64,000 nt of DNA from Diplonema japonicum. Lineage: Eukaryota; Protista; Euglenozoa: Diplonemea. A program made the position numbers and the translations under genes. This document shows positions 46,557 to 57,367 of this stretch, piece after piece. The notes beneath the pieces are model-generated. The model saw only the letters and a list, made by a program, of their open reading frames with translations, did not search any database and was not told the DNA's origin. The DNA is taken from assembly GCA_964019335.1 (NCBI GenBank), contig OZ025748.1, positions 124,001 to 188,000 on the forward strand, given 5' to 3'. Numbering within the stretch: the stretch's first letter is position 1; each line of letters opens with the position of its first letter.

Positions 46557-46796
46557 GCCTTCCCCGTCCTCTAATTAATATTACCACTTATGAGAATCGG
46601 CGTGGGTTATCGTTTGAATTTTTTGGGAGAAAAAAAACGCGAATCACCCCTCCCCACTTTTTTTTTTTTTAAATCTTCCTAACCCTTGAACGCACGCACA
46701 TCCCTTCTTTCTTTATTTATTTTTATTTATTTATTTTTTTTATTTGTCCCCACACCTTATTCTAAAAGAAGAAAATGCGTTTTATTAATTAAGCTC

Positions 46797-46827
<31 letters not shown>

Positions 46828-46929
46828 TATTTCTTCCAACTTGTACTTCAATGCCTCTCTATGTGTTCTTTTTTTTTTTTTTTTTTTTAAATTTTTTTTC
46901 TTGTTGAAGAAATCTTTTTCCAAAGAACG

Positions 46930-46962
<33 letters not shown>

Positions 46963-46967
<5 letters not shown>

Positions 46968-47820
46968 GCAGGGCATGAACAATGCAATCTTTGAGTTTTG
47001 CATGCGCCACTCCGATGACCCGTCAGGGAAAGCGGAGGGGATCCCAGAGAGAGACCCGGCCGAGTACGAATGGTTGAGACAAGCACTAGCGGAGATCAAG
47101 AGCGACTATGAAAGGATGGAGAACTGCATGGGAATCTTGAACAACGATGTGAAAGATGTCGACGCAAAAGAAATAGCAATGGAAGAGGTCTTGTACTTTG
47201 TGGAGGACCTCGACAATGCGGTAGACTTCGTGAAAAAAATGAAATCCGGGAAGACAATGCTAAAGCTCATCGCTGACCCAGACACCCCCCCGTCCCTGCG
47301 TGAGGGCGCTGCCAATATCATTGGAACCGTGACTCAAAACAACATCATCAGCCAGGCAATTCTCCTGACCGACGGCGCATTACCCATTCTCATTGACAGA
47401 TTGATCATTGAAGAGCACTGCCGCGCGAAGCTCATCTACGCAATTTCCGGATGTGTGCGAGGCAACAAGGATATCATCACCGCCTTCCTTTCCCTTCCAA
47501 AGGGCCTGGACAGTATTGTGTCGGTCTTGCCGCATTTCGAGAAGGATCCTCGGGCGGCGAAAAAAGCTCTTTTCTTGCTGTCGGCTCTCTGGAGAGATAT
47601 ACCCGATATGCCCAGACCCGCGCCTCCCCAGTCTGCCGAAACACTTTCCATCGTCAAGCAACTTCTGCAATCAACAGATATTGACACAGCGGAGCTCTCT
47701 GCTGACTATGTGGTCCAGCTCGTGGCGCATGGTGCCGCCTCTGCTGTGACCTCCGCTGGTATCACATGTGACACCCCGACGGACGAAGGGGTCCAGAAGA
47801 GGTTGAAGGAAGTGCTGTGA
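46963..47820 (+). CDS. Hsp70 nucleotide exchange factor, Fes1/HspBP1-like
   Basis: EWLRQAL, VEDLDNAVDF, IIGTVTQNN, KLIYAISGCVR, KKALFLLSAL. Confidence 0.88.
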
Positions 47821-48148
47821 GAAGATTTTTTTTTTATTTTTTTTTTGTTTTCCTTTAATATTTGTTCCGTACCCTGGTTTCCCAAAAAAAAAAAAAAAAA
47901 GAAAAAGAAAAAAATCATGAAGAAAAAAAAAAAAAAAAAAAAGAGAGAGAGTGGGGAAAGAAAAAAAAAAAATCTAACCATTTTTTTTCCCCCCCTCTTT
48001 TCTTTCTCTTTTTTTTTTTATTATTTTTTTTTCTTTTTTTATAGTTTTTAGTTATTATAAATCGCATTGCACTGCAAAAAAAAAAAAAAGCTCCTTCAAA
48101 AAAACCCCCCCCACAGGACACCACACACAAAAAAAAAAAAAAAAAAAA

Positions 48149-49078
48149 ATGGAAGTAGAAAGACAACCCATGCTGGGAAGCGTGACTGTGGAAGGGGGTA
48201 CCCGCGCCACACGAATCGACCTATCAAGCGAAGCAAAATGGTCGGAGCTACGCACGGACCCAGCAGGATGGGACATGGAGAAGCCGCAGCTCCACGAAGG
48301 TAGAGGCGGACGGCCCCTTATAGTACTCATAGGATGGAACGGCCACACAGCCCAACAAATCTCACACGTGGTCTACTACTGGCAGGACCTAGGGTGCGCG
48401 GTCCTCCGTTTAACAGGCGGGTTCTGGGCAGAACACGACCCAAAAAACACATACTCTGCAACTTACGACCTTTTCCACCAATACCTAAGGACCTACGTCA
48501 TGCCCAACAAGGGATTTATAGTCCACTCAATGTCCTCCATGGGATCGACGGTCCTCGGACACCTAGTGGAGCTAGACACCAATACAGGACGCGACATTTT
48601 TAGCTACTGTCGTGGGGTGATCTACGATTCAGGCCCTGCGCTTAGATATCCTGAGTTTAATAAACAAGCGGGGCGGTTGAACATCGCAAAGCTCAGCGAG
48701 GATGCGGGACATCTTACTTCTGCTGGTCTGCATGCTCCGTTAGCTCCTGTTATAAGTTTATTGTGGACGCCGATATACCTGCTCGTGCTGCTTTACTACA
48801 CTCTTTTTTACAAGTCGAAGCTGTTGGAGAGTGCTGAGAAGCTGTATATGAATCTCTCTGCCGGGCTGGCTGGGGTGCGTGTGCTTATGATTGTTTCAGA
48901 GTGCGATTACTATACCAGCTGCGATGAAGCGCGGCATTTTTCAACTGTGCTTCAGGGAAATGAGTCGAAGGTGAAGGTCGTGTCCACAGATACCGCTCAC
49001 TGTTGCCATCTTTTGGAAGCACCTGAGGTTATCCGGCCTGCGTTTCAAGAGTTTTTGTCAAAGTGTGTGGATGACTGA
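48149..49078 (+). CDS. TMEM53/DUF829-family alpha/beta-hydrolase-fold protein
   Basis: LIVLIGW, IVHSMSSMG, GVIYDSGP, AHCCH. Confidence 0.75.
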   Translation: MEVERQPMLGSVTVEGGTRATRIDLSSEAKWSELRTDPAGWDMEKPQLHEGRGGRPLIVLIGWNGHTAQQISHVVYYWQDLGCAVLRLTGGFWAEHDPKNTYSATYDLFHQYLRTYVMPNKGFIVHSMSSMGSTVLGHLVELDTNTGRDIFSYCRGVIYDSGPALRYPEFNKQAGRLNIAKLSEDAGHLTSAGLHAPLAPVISLLWTPIYLLVLLYYTLFYKSKLLESAEKLYMNLSAGLAGVRVLMIVSECDYYTSCDEARHFSTVLQGNESKVKVVSTDTAHCCHLLEAPEVIRPAFQEFLSKCVDD

Positions 49079-49290
49079 ATAGGGGGGGGGGGGGGGGGGG
49101 GGGGATAGGAATAGTGTTTTTTTTTCTTTGGGAGAGAGTGAGAGAAGTTGATTTTTTTTTTTGTGGAAAAAAAAATTTTTTTTTTTAATACTTTTTTTTT
49201 TATTTCTCCCCCCCTTCTTTTTTTTTATAAAGCCTCATTAAAAAAAAATAACTTGTTCATACTTCCCCCCCCCCCCCCCCCCCCCCTCCC

Positions 49291-49329
<39 letters not shown>

Positions 49330-49422
49330 TGTTTTTCCATCTATAATTTTTATATAAAAAAAAACAAAAAAAAAAGGTGGTACAAAACCTAAACCAAAAA
49401 CCAAAAAAAAGAAAAAAAAAAT

Positions 49423-49854
49423 ATGGAAGTAGAACCGAAAAAGATACCTTTCAACTGGGACGAGGGTGGGGTGCTTGACTGGGTCGCGTCGCAATATGGC
49501 ACGGGCAAATGGAGAAACCCCTTGGACACAGGTGATGTGTTAGTTAAGTCAAGTAGCATGGTGAGTGGGCAGCTGAGGTCTATGGTAGAAAAGAACATAT
49601 CGGAGATATCGGTGGTCACGCGAAATGAACCATTTAGCTGGGTGCAGGTGGAGTTACCTGTTGCAGTGTGCCCCACACATTATCGGATGAGCCACATGCA
49701 ACACAGCCCGAAATCTTTTCTCCGATCCTGGGCCTTTTGTGGCTCCTACGATGGTGAAGACTGGCGCGTTCTGTGCCAACACAAAAATGATAAGACGCTC
49801 GTGAACGAATCTGCCGACACCCTTACAGGTGCGTGGGAGGTACGGATGACAAAG

Positions 49855-49911
<57 letters not shown>

Positions 49912-50076
49912 TAATACACCCCATCGCAGCCCGAATTTTACCCGTACTTCCGTATCGTGATGTTTGAAGAAGGGAACTCCGAGTCCACAAACACGCTTAT
50001 AGCTTCGTGTCTGGAGCTGTTCGGCTCTGTCCGGCATAGACAGTGGCCTGGTAAAGTTAGTGTGACTATCGCTTGA
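49423..50076 (+). CDS. Stand-alone galactose-binding/F5-8-like domain (as in HECTD1), 2 exons (49423-49854, 49930-50076)
   Basis: GVLDWV..WRNP, PTHYRMSH, LRSWAFCGSYDGEDW..H.ND, then after splicing YFRIV..GNS..LELFG. Confidence 0.8.
49855..49929 (+). other. 75-nt GT-AG intron, poly(T)
   Basis: AAG|GTATTT...TCGCAG|CCC; removes a TAA and restores the domain C-terminus. Confidence 0.85.
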
Positions 50077-50332
50077 TTTTTTTTTTGTGCTTTTTCAAAA
50101 AGTGTTTTTTTTCTTCTTTTTTCTCCCCCCCCCTTTCCCTTTCTTCCTCTATTGCCCAGGTTATAATCCCATTTTCCTTTTTCTTAAAAAAAAAAAAACC
50201 CCTGGAAAAGAGGACAGAAGGGGATACCCCACTTTTTTTTTTGTGTGTAATTTTTTTTTTCTTTTTCTTTTGTACAAAAAAAAAAAAAAAAAAAAACCTC
50301 TCCGAACAGCATTAAAAAAAAAACCCCCCCCA

Positions 50333-52696
50333 ATGATTGCCACACGGGCACCGATGTTAGCCTTGGTGCTAGCAGTCTCCGCACAAGCGATGGAGTGGGC
50401 GTCCATCGACTGCCCTTCTGGGAGCAACGGAAACTGCAACTACAAGAACACCGGGAGCGCCGACGAGGCTGTGAGCTTGTTCTTTCAGGTTGAGCTCGCC
50501 TCGGGTGAGACGGAGGGCTCGTTCACCTGCAGCGACGGGCAGATGACTTACTGCAGCAGGAAGTGGGTGGCAGCTGACAGCTACAGCGCCGGGGACTGCT
50601 ACTTCATCCTCCCCGCTGGGAGCGAGTTTCAGTGCCAGTCACAGGGGACCTTCCACTTCATCGGCGCCCACACAGCCCCTCTGGCCGGCTCGATCCTCTC
50701 GACCGAGGGGAAGCCTGTCCCTTGCTCGGGCGGCTCATGCACCTTCACCAACACCGAGTCCACGGACATGTGGGTGGCGCAGTCCTTCGAGGCCTCTGGG
50801 AGCTCGCACAACACATACGACTGCACACACAAGAACGCCGGTGCGACAATGACGCTTTGCAGCTATGCTGTGAACGGGACGGGCGGCTACTCCTGCGGGT
50901 ACATCCTCCCCGCCAAGGCGTCGATGACGTGCCGTGCCCAGGGCAGCATCAACATGCGCACCTCAGCCGCCCTGTCCTTCAAGCAGCCTTACCTCTCGTC
51001 CAACGCGGCTGTGGAGACCCAGTGGGACTGCCCTCTGGTGTCCTACCCGAAGCCCAACATGTGCGACTGTGCCTACACCAACAACCACAACGACCGGGAC
51101 CTCGTCGTGATGGTGACCTCGTCCAGCACCAACGGCGACTACAACTCCTTCCACTGCGGGATCGGCGGGGCAAACGTCTGCGCGTGGGGCTCGAACAGGA
51201 ACGACTTCGGGAACAGGGGCGGCTGCTTCTTCATGCTCCCCCCCAACACAGAGTTCACCTGCGAGATGCAGTTCGGCGCCGCCTCCTTCTCCATCAGCAC
51301 AGCCCTCGCCGCCAACAGGACCATCTTCGGGACCTCAGAGCAGCAACTTCCGGACTGGAAGAAGAGGCCCGCTCCCTTGGAGGAGCCTGTTGACCGCACC
51401 CACACCCTGAGCAGGCACCAGGAGATGTTCCAGAGGTGGAAGGCCCACAACAACAAGCGGTATGCGAGCCCTGCGGAGGAGGCACAGAGGTTCCAGAACT
51501 TCAGGAAGCACCTGAGCGCCTTCCTCAGAACGAAGACGAGCGACAACGCCATGCCTAACAGTCTGGCGGATTGGTCGAAGGCAGAGTACGAGCGCCACTA
51601 CAGGGACTGCGCGAGGAAAACGCCCGAGGGGGTGGTGCCGCCTCTCCCGAAGGAGCTCACCATCACCGATGAGGACGTCAGGAACCTCCCCGAGTCCATC
51701 GACTGGAGGACGAAGGGTGTCGTGACCCCTGTGAAGAACCAGGCCCAGTGTGGGTCGTGCTGGTCGTTCAGCACCACCGGTGTGATCGAGGGGGCGTGGG
51801 CGATGGCGGGGAACCCCCTGCAGAGCCTCTCTGAGCAGGAGCTGGTGAGCTGCGAGCAGAACTGCGACGGGTGCGACGGCGGGTGGCCGTACCTTGCCAT
51901 CGAGTACGTGAAGCAGAACGGAGACGCCACGGAGGAGAGCTACCCGTACGTGTCCGGAGGCGGGAATGTCCCCCAGTGCACCTCAGGGCACACCATGGCA
52001 GACGTCAAGGTGACAGGGTACTACGGTGTGAACAACAGCGAGGCAGCCATGGCGGCCGCCCTTGTGAAGTACGGCCCTGTGTCTATCACAGTGGACGCGA
52101 TGACGCAGCTGTGGTGGCCGTACACAGGGGGTATCATGACGGGGTGCTGCAACCACGAACCCGACCACGCAGTGCTGCTGGTGGGGTACGGTGTGGACCA
52201 GGGGACCAAGTACTGGCTTATCAAGAACTCTTGGGGAACGGACTGGGGTGAGGACGGGTACCTCAGGCTCGAGAGGGGCAGCAACCAGTGCGGGATCACC
52301 TCGGCCCCCACGCTGGCCTTCGTGCAGGGCGGGGCTCCTATGCCGCAGCCGACGTGCCCTCCTGAAACCGTTGTCACCAACAACACCGACGGGACCCGAA
52401 CCTGCGAGTGGAGGAACAACACCAACGGGGTCATCATCCCTCCCGCGCAGTCCCTGAACGCTGACTGCAGCTACTGGCCCAAGGAGAACTCCTTCAGCTA
52501 CATCTGGGACGGGTCGGTGTCTCCTCCTGCAAGCTACCCCTGCCCACCCTCGGCGCAGCACCAAGAGCAGGGGGCAGCTGAGAACTTCTGCATCTTCAAC
52601 AACGGTGCCAAGGGCCTCCACATCCCGACCTCCGCCACCGTTGACTGCTCGAACCTTCTTTCCCAAGGGAGGCTTTCTTACACCTACAAGCCATGA
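50333..52696 (+). CDS. Secreted cathepsin L-like (papain C1A) protease with three N-terminal and two C-terminal Cys-rich repeats
   Basis: Signal peptide; I29 prodomain (RFQNF); QCGSCWSFS, DHAVLLVGYG, WLIKNSWG. Confidence 0.93.
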   Translation: MIATRAPMLALVLAVSAQAMEWASIDCPSGSNGNCNYKNTGSADEAVSLFFQVELASGETEGSFTCSDGQMTYCSRKWVAADSYSAGDCYFILPAGSEFQCQSQGTFHFIGAHTAPLAGSILSTEGKPVPCSGGSCTFTNTESTDMWVAQSFEASGSSHNTYDCTHKNAGATMTLCSYAVNGTGGYSCGYILPAKASMTCRAQGSINMRTSAALSFKQPYLSSNAAVETQWDCPLVSYPKPNMCDCAYTNNHNDRDLVVMVTSSSTNGDYNSFHCGIGGANVCAWGSNRNDFGNRGGCFFMLPPNTEFTCEMQFGAASFSISTALAANRTIFGTSEQQLPDWKKRPAPLEEPVDRTHTLSRHQEMFQRWKAHNNKRYASPAEEAQRFQNFRKHLSAFLRTKTSDNAMPNSLADWSKAEYERHYRDCARKTPEGVVPPLPKELTITDEDVRNLPESIDWRTKGVVTPVKNQAQCGSCWSFSTTGVIEGAWAMAGNPLQSLSEQELVSCEQNCDGCDGGWPYLAIEYVKQNGDATEESYPYVSGGGNVPQCTSGHTMADVKVTGYYGVNNSEAAMAAALVKYGPVSITVDAMTQLWWPYTGGIMTGCCNHEPDHAVLLVGYGVDQGTKYWLIKNSWGTDWGEDGYLRLERGSNQCGITSAPTLAFVQGGAPMPQPTCPPETVVTNNTDGTRTCEWRNNTNGVIIPPAQSLNADCSYWPKENSFSYIWDGSVSPPASYPCPPSAQHQEQGAAENFCIFNNGAKGLHIPTSATVDCSNLLSQGRLSYTYKP

Positions 52697-53311
52697 TGAA
52701 AAAAAAAAGAAGTAAGAGGGAGGGGAAAATGTGAAGCCCCTACCAGTGCGTTATTCTCGTCTATTTGTTCTTTCCTTTAAAAAAAAAATCGTAATGTGTT
52801 TGCTTTTCCTATGATTGGGGAGGTTGGATTGGGGAGGGGTTCAAAAATGGAAAAAAAAAGAAGGAGAAGAAACCAACAACGAAACGAGGAGTCCGTGTAA
52901 ACTTCCTTGTTTTCCCTTCAATTCTTTCTTTTTTTTTTTTCAAACAAGAAACTTTTTCTTGACAAGGAGCCTCCTTCCCCACACCCCCTGTCAGTGAGAC
53001 CGCCCTCCACGCCTTGTTTTTTTTTTTTTTCTTGACCTTCCTTTCGCTTTTTTTTTTTTTTTTTTGATAGGGCGGCCCTCTAGCGGGGGGCCTGTCCTGT
53101 ACTTTGAGTTTTTTTTTTTGCCTCCCTCTTTTTTTTACACCAGTTCATCAGCGAACCCAAGGTTTCTGATGTGTTGTGCTTTTCCACACCCCCTTCTATA
53201 TATTTTTTCTCTCTCTTTTTTACGTATGTGACCTAAAACTCTAAGGACAAAGAGAAGGTGGGGGGGGGGGGGGGGAGGATAGAAAGAGAGAGAGAGAGGG
53301 GAAAAAGGAAA

Positions 53312-53908
53312 ATGCCTGAAAACCTTAACCTCATAAACCAAGGCATTCTTGATGCGGACGAACTGGACGAGGTGTACGCCAAACTGTTGAGGAACCCCGG
53401 GTGGAAGGCTTACAAGACACAAAACTCTGTGAGGAAGGTAGATGCGTGGGTCATGAGGGACCCGATGCCGGCTAGACTAATTTTTCTGAAAAGCTTGATG
53501 AAGCTACTATGCGACCTGGCAAAGGGGAGGCTGGAGAAGAGTGAAGGGAAGCTCATCCCTATGCAGCTGTTCATATGCCTCTATGAGGACGGTTCGGACA
53601 GCTGTCCAGTGCACCGACACGACTGCAAACAAATCACTCTGTCACTCGGCAGCCCTCGAAGAATGGTGATAGATGGCCGGTCCCAGATTCTTGCTCACGG
53701 TGATGCTACGTTCCTGGCAAAGGAGCAGCACTCGATCCCCAAAGAACCCGTTGCTTCTCCGCGCTCTACCTCCTCTTCATCTCGTATAAGCCTGAACTTC
53801 TTTTACACAACAACGTCCAACCCGTCCGCTTCTGTCACCCCGAGACTAAAACGGAGTGCCCCCGAGGAACCAACCTCTCAAACCGTCCTACGCAGGCGAC
53901 GAGAGTAG
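53312..53908 (+). CDS. AlkB-like 2OG-Fe(II) oxygenase
   Basis: YEDGSDSCPVH, ITLSLG, LAHGD, QHSIPK, RISLNF. Confidence 0.78.
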   Translation: MPENLNLINQGILDADELDEVYAKLLRNPGWKAYKTQNSVRKVDAWVMRDPMPARLIFLKSLMKLLCDLAKGRLEKSEGKLIPMQLFICLYEDGSDSCPVHRHDCKQITLSLGSPRRMVIDGRSQILAHGDATFLAKEQHSIPKEPVASPRSTSSSSRISLNFFYTTTSNPSASVTPRLKRSAPEEPTSQTVLRRRRE

Positions 53909-54213
53909 GAAAAAAAAAAAAAAAAAAAAAAAAAAACGGAAAGGGAGGGGTGTGTGTGTGTGTGTGTGGCTTTTTTTTTTCTCCCAGATCAGGGAAAACC
54001 CCCATTAGCCCATTTTTCCCCCCCCCCCCTTTTTTTCTGTTTCAGAAAAAAAAAGGGGGGGGAAAAATCTTATCTTATTTAATTGGGGAGGGGGTGACCT
54101 TTCTCCCCCTCTCCTTCCATTTTCCCTTTTTTTTTATACTTTTTATATTATATATATTCGTGACACCCTCGGATCCCCCAATGTATCAATAAAAAAAAAT
54201 ATATATATATATA

Positions 54214-55845
54214 CTGTAAAACGAATAATGTCGGACGGAAAAATTCTCGGACAGAAAAACTCCCGGACACCAAAAAAACCCGGACATTTTTCCGTCCGGG
54301 AGTTTTTCTGGGAAGAAGTTTTTTTACTTAAGGGGGGTAGCAGCTCCCACCACGTTTGCCTGGAAGGGCTTTATTCCTTGTGCAGAGCCAAAATGTCACC
54401 CTGCGTGGCAGTTTGAATTTTTCTTCCCCTTTCAATGCACCAACAAACAGCACCCACGGGATCTTTAACTTCTCATAAACCCGTACTTCTTTCGTCAGAT
54501 TGACCAGTTCGACTACCCAAGGCACGTTGAGCAGCTGGCTTGTGAGGGGCCCAACTTTGGTGCTGACACCCCCAGCCAGCTCACCCCCGAGAGGTGGAGG
54601 AGATAAACTCCTTACACCGGGCCAGTACAAACCCCCGAAAGCAGCTTGGCGGCCTCTGCCTCGGTCAGAAGACGGCAGCAACAGGTTCAACAGAGCCCCC
54701 GGTTTCTTCCAGACGGAAATGCTGGACGTTGCTATTCCACCCTACCACACCCTGGCCGCCGCGACGCCGTGATAGCAGCGTATCGCCCAATACGGGATTT
54801 AGCATCCTTCGGGGGCTGAAAGATTTTTGCTTGAGTCGATAGGTAAACGGGCTTGGTGAGCCTATCCCAGCACAACAAATATGCACCTATGCAGAAGGGC
54901 TGCTGTGCGCCAATCCAGCCCGAAAGACAGACCTGGTAGACTTTGGTGGGGCACTGCCCTTTTCCACTGGCTAGGCTGACAAAACTTTGCAGCAAGAAAG
55001 ACAAAAGCCGCAAGCCACCTCCGGAAAGCCCGGAAACGAGAAGGACAACGAAGAAGGCACGCTGTTTCACCATGGAATTCAGGTCCATAATCGACACCCA
55101 TAAAGTAAGGCCGGAATTGGTCTGGAATACGGGGTTAAAAACCAAAACAAAAAGGGGGGCTAAGGTCGTAAAAGTCCGTGGCTTTGGACAAAACGGGCTA
55201 TAACCGAACAGCTGGCTGTTTCCTTGGCTGGATGGTTAAATACAAAGGCAAAGCGGAAACGCAACCGGCAGGGATTATCCGGTGATGCCCCGGTCAAGCA
55301 CCCGCCCACCGAATGGAGCCTAACGGCATCGCCCAATCATTGGGCTAATTATGATACTCGGTATCTGGGTTACGGAGCTGTTTCTTCCTTTTTGCTGGTT
55401 TTGCCGAACGGGCCGATTCTGCTGCTTGTCGGCGACCACAACTCTCACACGACCTATGCCTATGGGTTCGTAGAGTGGTTCGCAGGCGCAAACGTGCACA
55501 TTGCTTTTGTCCCCCTGGGCTCACCTACATGGTTCAACCGATGGATATTGGGTTGAACGCAGCTGTAAAGCATCTATTAAGAAAGGTAGTAGGCCACACG
55601 AAGGCTCGACAAGCTGATTGCCTCAGGGCAGCAAGGGAGGACAAAGATGCAGAAAGGGAACCCTGGGGGTTTCTTCGCGCGGTTGCCGTTTGCAGCCCAG
55701 GCCAGTATGTAGGTGGTAGTGGACCAGGCCCCCTGACGGCCTTACCTAAAAAAAATTCCCGGACGGAAAAACTCCCGGACGGAAAAATTCCCGGACGCCA
55801 AAAAAACTCGGACATTTTTCCGTTCGGGAGTTTTTCGTTTTACAG
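54214..55845 (+). mobile_element. Degenerate pogo/Tigger-like (DDE_1) transposon with 12-bp TIRs, TA target and subterminal CCCGGAC repeats
   Basis: TA|CTGTAAAACGAA...TTCGTTTTACAG|TA within (TA)n; fragments PILLLVGDHNSH and PPGLTYMVQPMDIGLNAAVK. Confidence 0.88.
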
Positions 55846-55870
55846 TATATATATAGAAGCAACAACCAAC

Positions 55871-56089
55871 ATGAGTTCTGACTCAAGCGACACGGAAGTA
55901 GTTGGTCCTATATCACCCTCGTCCGTTCACCGCGGTCCGAGTGTTCAAGAGCTTGTGGCAGCAGCTTTGCTAGCAAGCTGCAACAAGTGGGGTGTGAAGG
56001 CGAAAGAGCCACACTGTGAAAAACTTCTGTGCACCGCAATGGAGGAGTACGTCGCAGGCATTGTCAAAGAAACACCTCCTTCATCATAG
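55871..56089 (+). CDS. Small hypothetical protein (72 aa)
   Basis: ATG just downstream of the transposon end; non-homopolymer coding-like composition; A-run after the stop. Confidence 0.5.
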   Translation: MSSDSSDTEVVGPISPSSVHRGPSVQELVAAALLASCNKWGVKAKEPHCEKLLCTAMEEYVAGIVKETPPSS

Positions 56090-56224
56090 GAACAAAAAAA
56101 AAAAAAAAAAAGAAAAAAAAAACTTCATGCGGCAAGCCGGTAGTAAAACGGCGCCTTGGAGAGCAGCTTTGAACACAGCGATCTCCAAAAGACGAGACGA
56201 CACCGCGGAACAGATTAAAAACGT

Positions 56225-57367
56225 ATGTTACGCATAACTCTGCCGAGGTTGGCAACTTTGTACAGAAGAGGAGCGGACTCAATGTCTAAGAGCGAACAAT
56301 GGAAACAAAATGGCACCATCCACAGCGTACTATGCATGGGCGACAGCGCCGTGTCCAATTTCATCTCCAACAAGTACGAAAAATTCTCCTTGCAACGCTC
56401 GAAGGAGAGCTCAGAGCTCGCCTTGTTCAGAGGCTGGCTGAAGTACGACCTGACGGTTATCCAAAACGGCAGAACAAAAAACATCGGCCCGTCAACGTTA
56501 CACCGCTTCCTCACGTTATTCAACAAGTTCGGCGCTCCCAAGGAATCCATAGAATTATACGAATCTCAAACAACCCCACCTTTATACTGCGCACCATATC
56601 TAAAAGCTTTGATTAAATTAAATCAAGTGGACCGCGCAATCATCACCGTGTCCGGCTGGGACGCACATCACCAACGCCACGGACGTTACAAGAAGAACTC
56701 TCGTGTGGACATCAAAAACATCATCCTCGAAGGCCTCGCTAAAACGGACAAGAAACGCTGCCGGGCGGCCTTCAACCAAATGAAAACAGAGAAACTGATC
56801 AACAAGGGCAGCATTCTTCAATACGTCAAATGCTGCACACCGTCCGAAGCCGTGCATCTCGCCAACGATCTCAAAAAAATCGACGTCGAGCTGTTCAGCG
56901 TCATCATACACTCGTGCACCAGAACGGGCGGGGTGGTGGAAGCAAGAAGCATCTGGAGAAAACTTCTCCCTAAAGTTGATGGACCGCTGAAAACCAGCAC
57001 TTACAACGCCATGCTATCCGTGGCCCGTGCAGCATCTGACTATACATTTCTCATGTCTTGGCATGAAAAAATGAAGAGTGAGGCGATTCCACCCGATCCT
57101 CACACATATGCCATCTCTATCATGTGCCTTTCTGAGTGCTCTTCCTCACCCCAAGACGAGCCTGCAGTCCTCGCTATCGCTCTCTTCGACCACTCGGTGC
57201 TGTCCGGCTTCGTCTCGAACCCCAAGATCGTCGGTGCCTTAGCTTCACTCCACGCAAAGCACAACGACGTTCGAAGAATGACGGCTCTTGAGAAGCACAT
57301 CAAAACCCACAACGTTCCGTTGACTTCGGTGCTTTCAGGGTACATCTCCTCTGTGAAGGCTGCGTGA
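56225..57367 (+). CDS. Pentatricopeptide repeat (PPR) protein, probably mitochondrial; may have a further 3' exon at 57472-57618
   Basis: MLR..R-rich presequence; LFSVIIHSCTRTG, TYNAMLSV, IPPDPHTYAISI PPR motifs. Confidence 0.8.
   Translation: MLRITLPRLATLYRRGADSMSKSEQWKQNGTIHSVLCMGDSAVSNFISNKYEKFSLQRSKESSELALFRGWLKYDLTVIQNGRTKNIGPSTLHRFLTLFNKFGAPKESIELYESQTTPPLYCAPYLKALIKLNQVDRAIITVSGWDAHHQRHGRYKKNSRVDIKNIILEGLAKTDKKRCRAAFNQMKTEKLINKGSILQYVKCCTPSEAVHLANDLKKIDVELFSVIIHSCTRTGGVVEARSIWRKLLPKVDGPLKTSTYNAMLSVARAASDYTFLMSWHEKMKSEAIPPDPHTYAISIMCLSECSSSPQDEPAVLAIALFDHSVLSGFVSNPKIVGALASLHAKHNDVRRMTALEKHIKTHNVPLTSVLSGYISSVKAA

Noticed and set aside
5584-49357. Dozens of poly-Phe/poly-Lys/poly-Gly/poly-Pro ORFs in the track, and such N-terminal extensions on real genes (e.g. 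843, 12320, 14457, 39526, 43248, 50087, 57615)
   Set aside because: They are translations of stop-poor homopolymer spacers; real starts follow the A-runs
56127-56237. Upstream ATG ORF possibly spliced onto the PPR gene via GTATGT at 56223
   Set aside because: The nearest acceptors give a stop, and ATG 56225 already yields a plausible mitochondrial presequence
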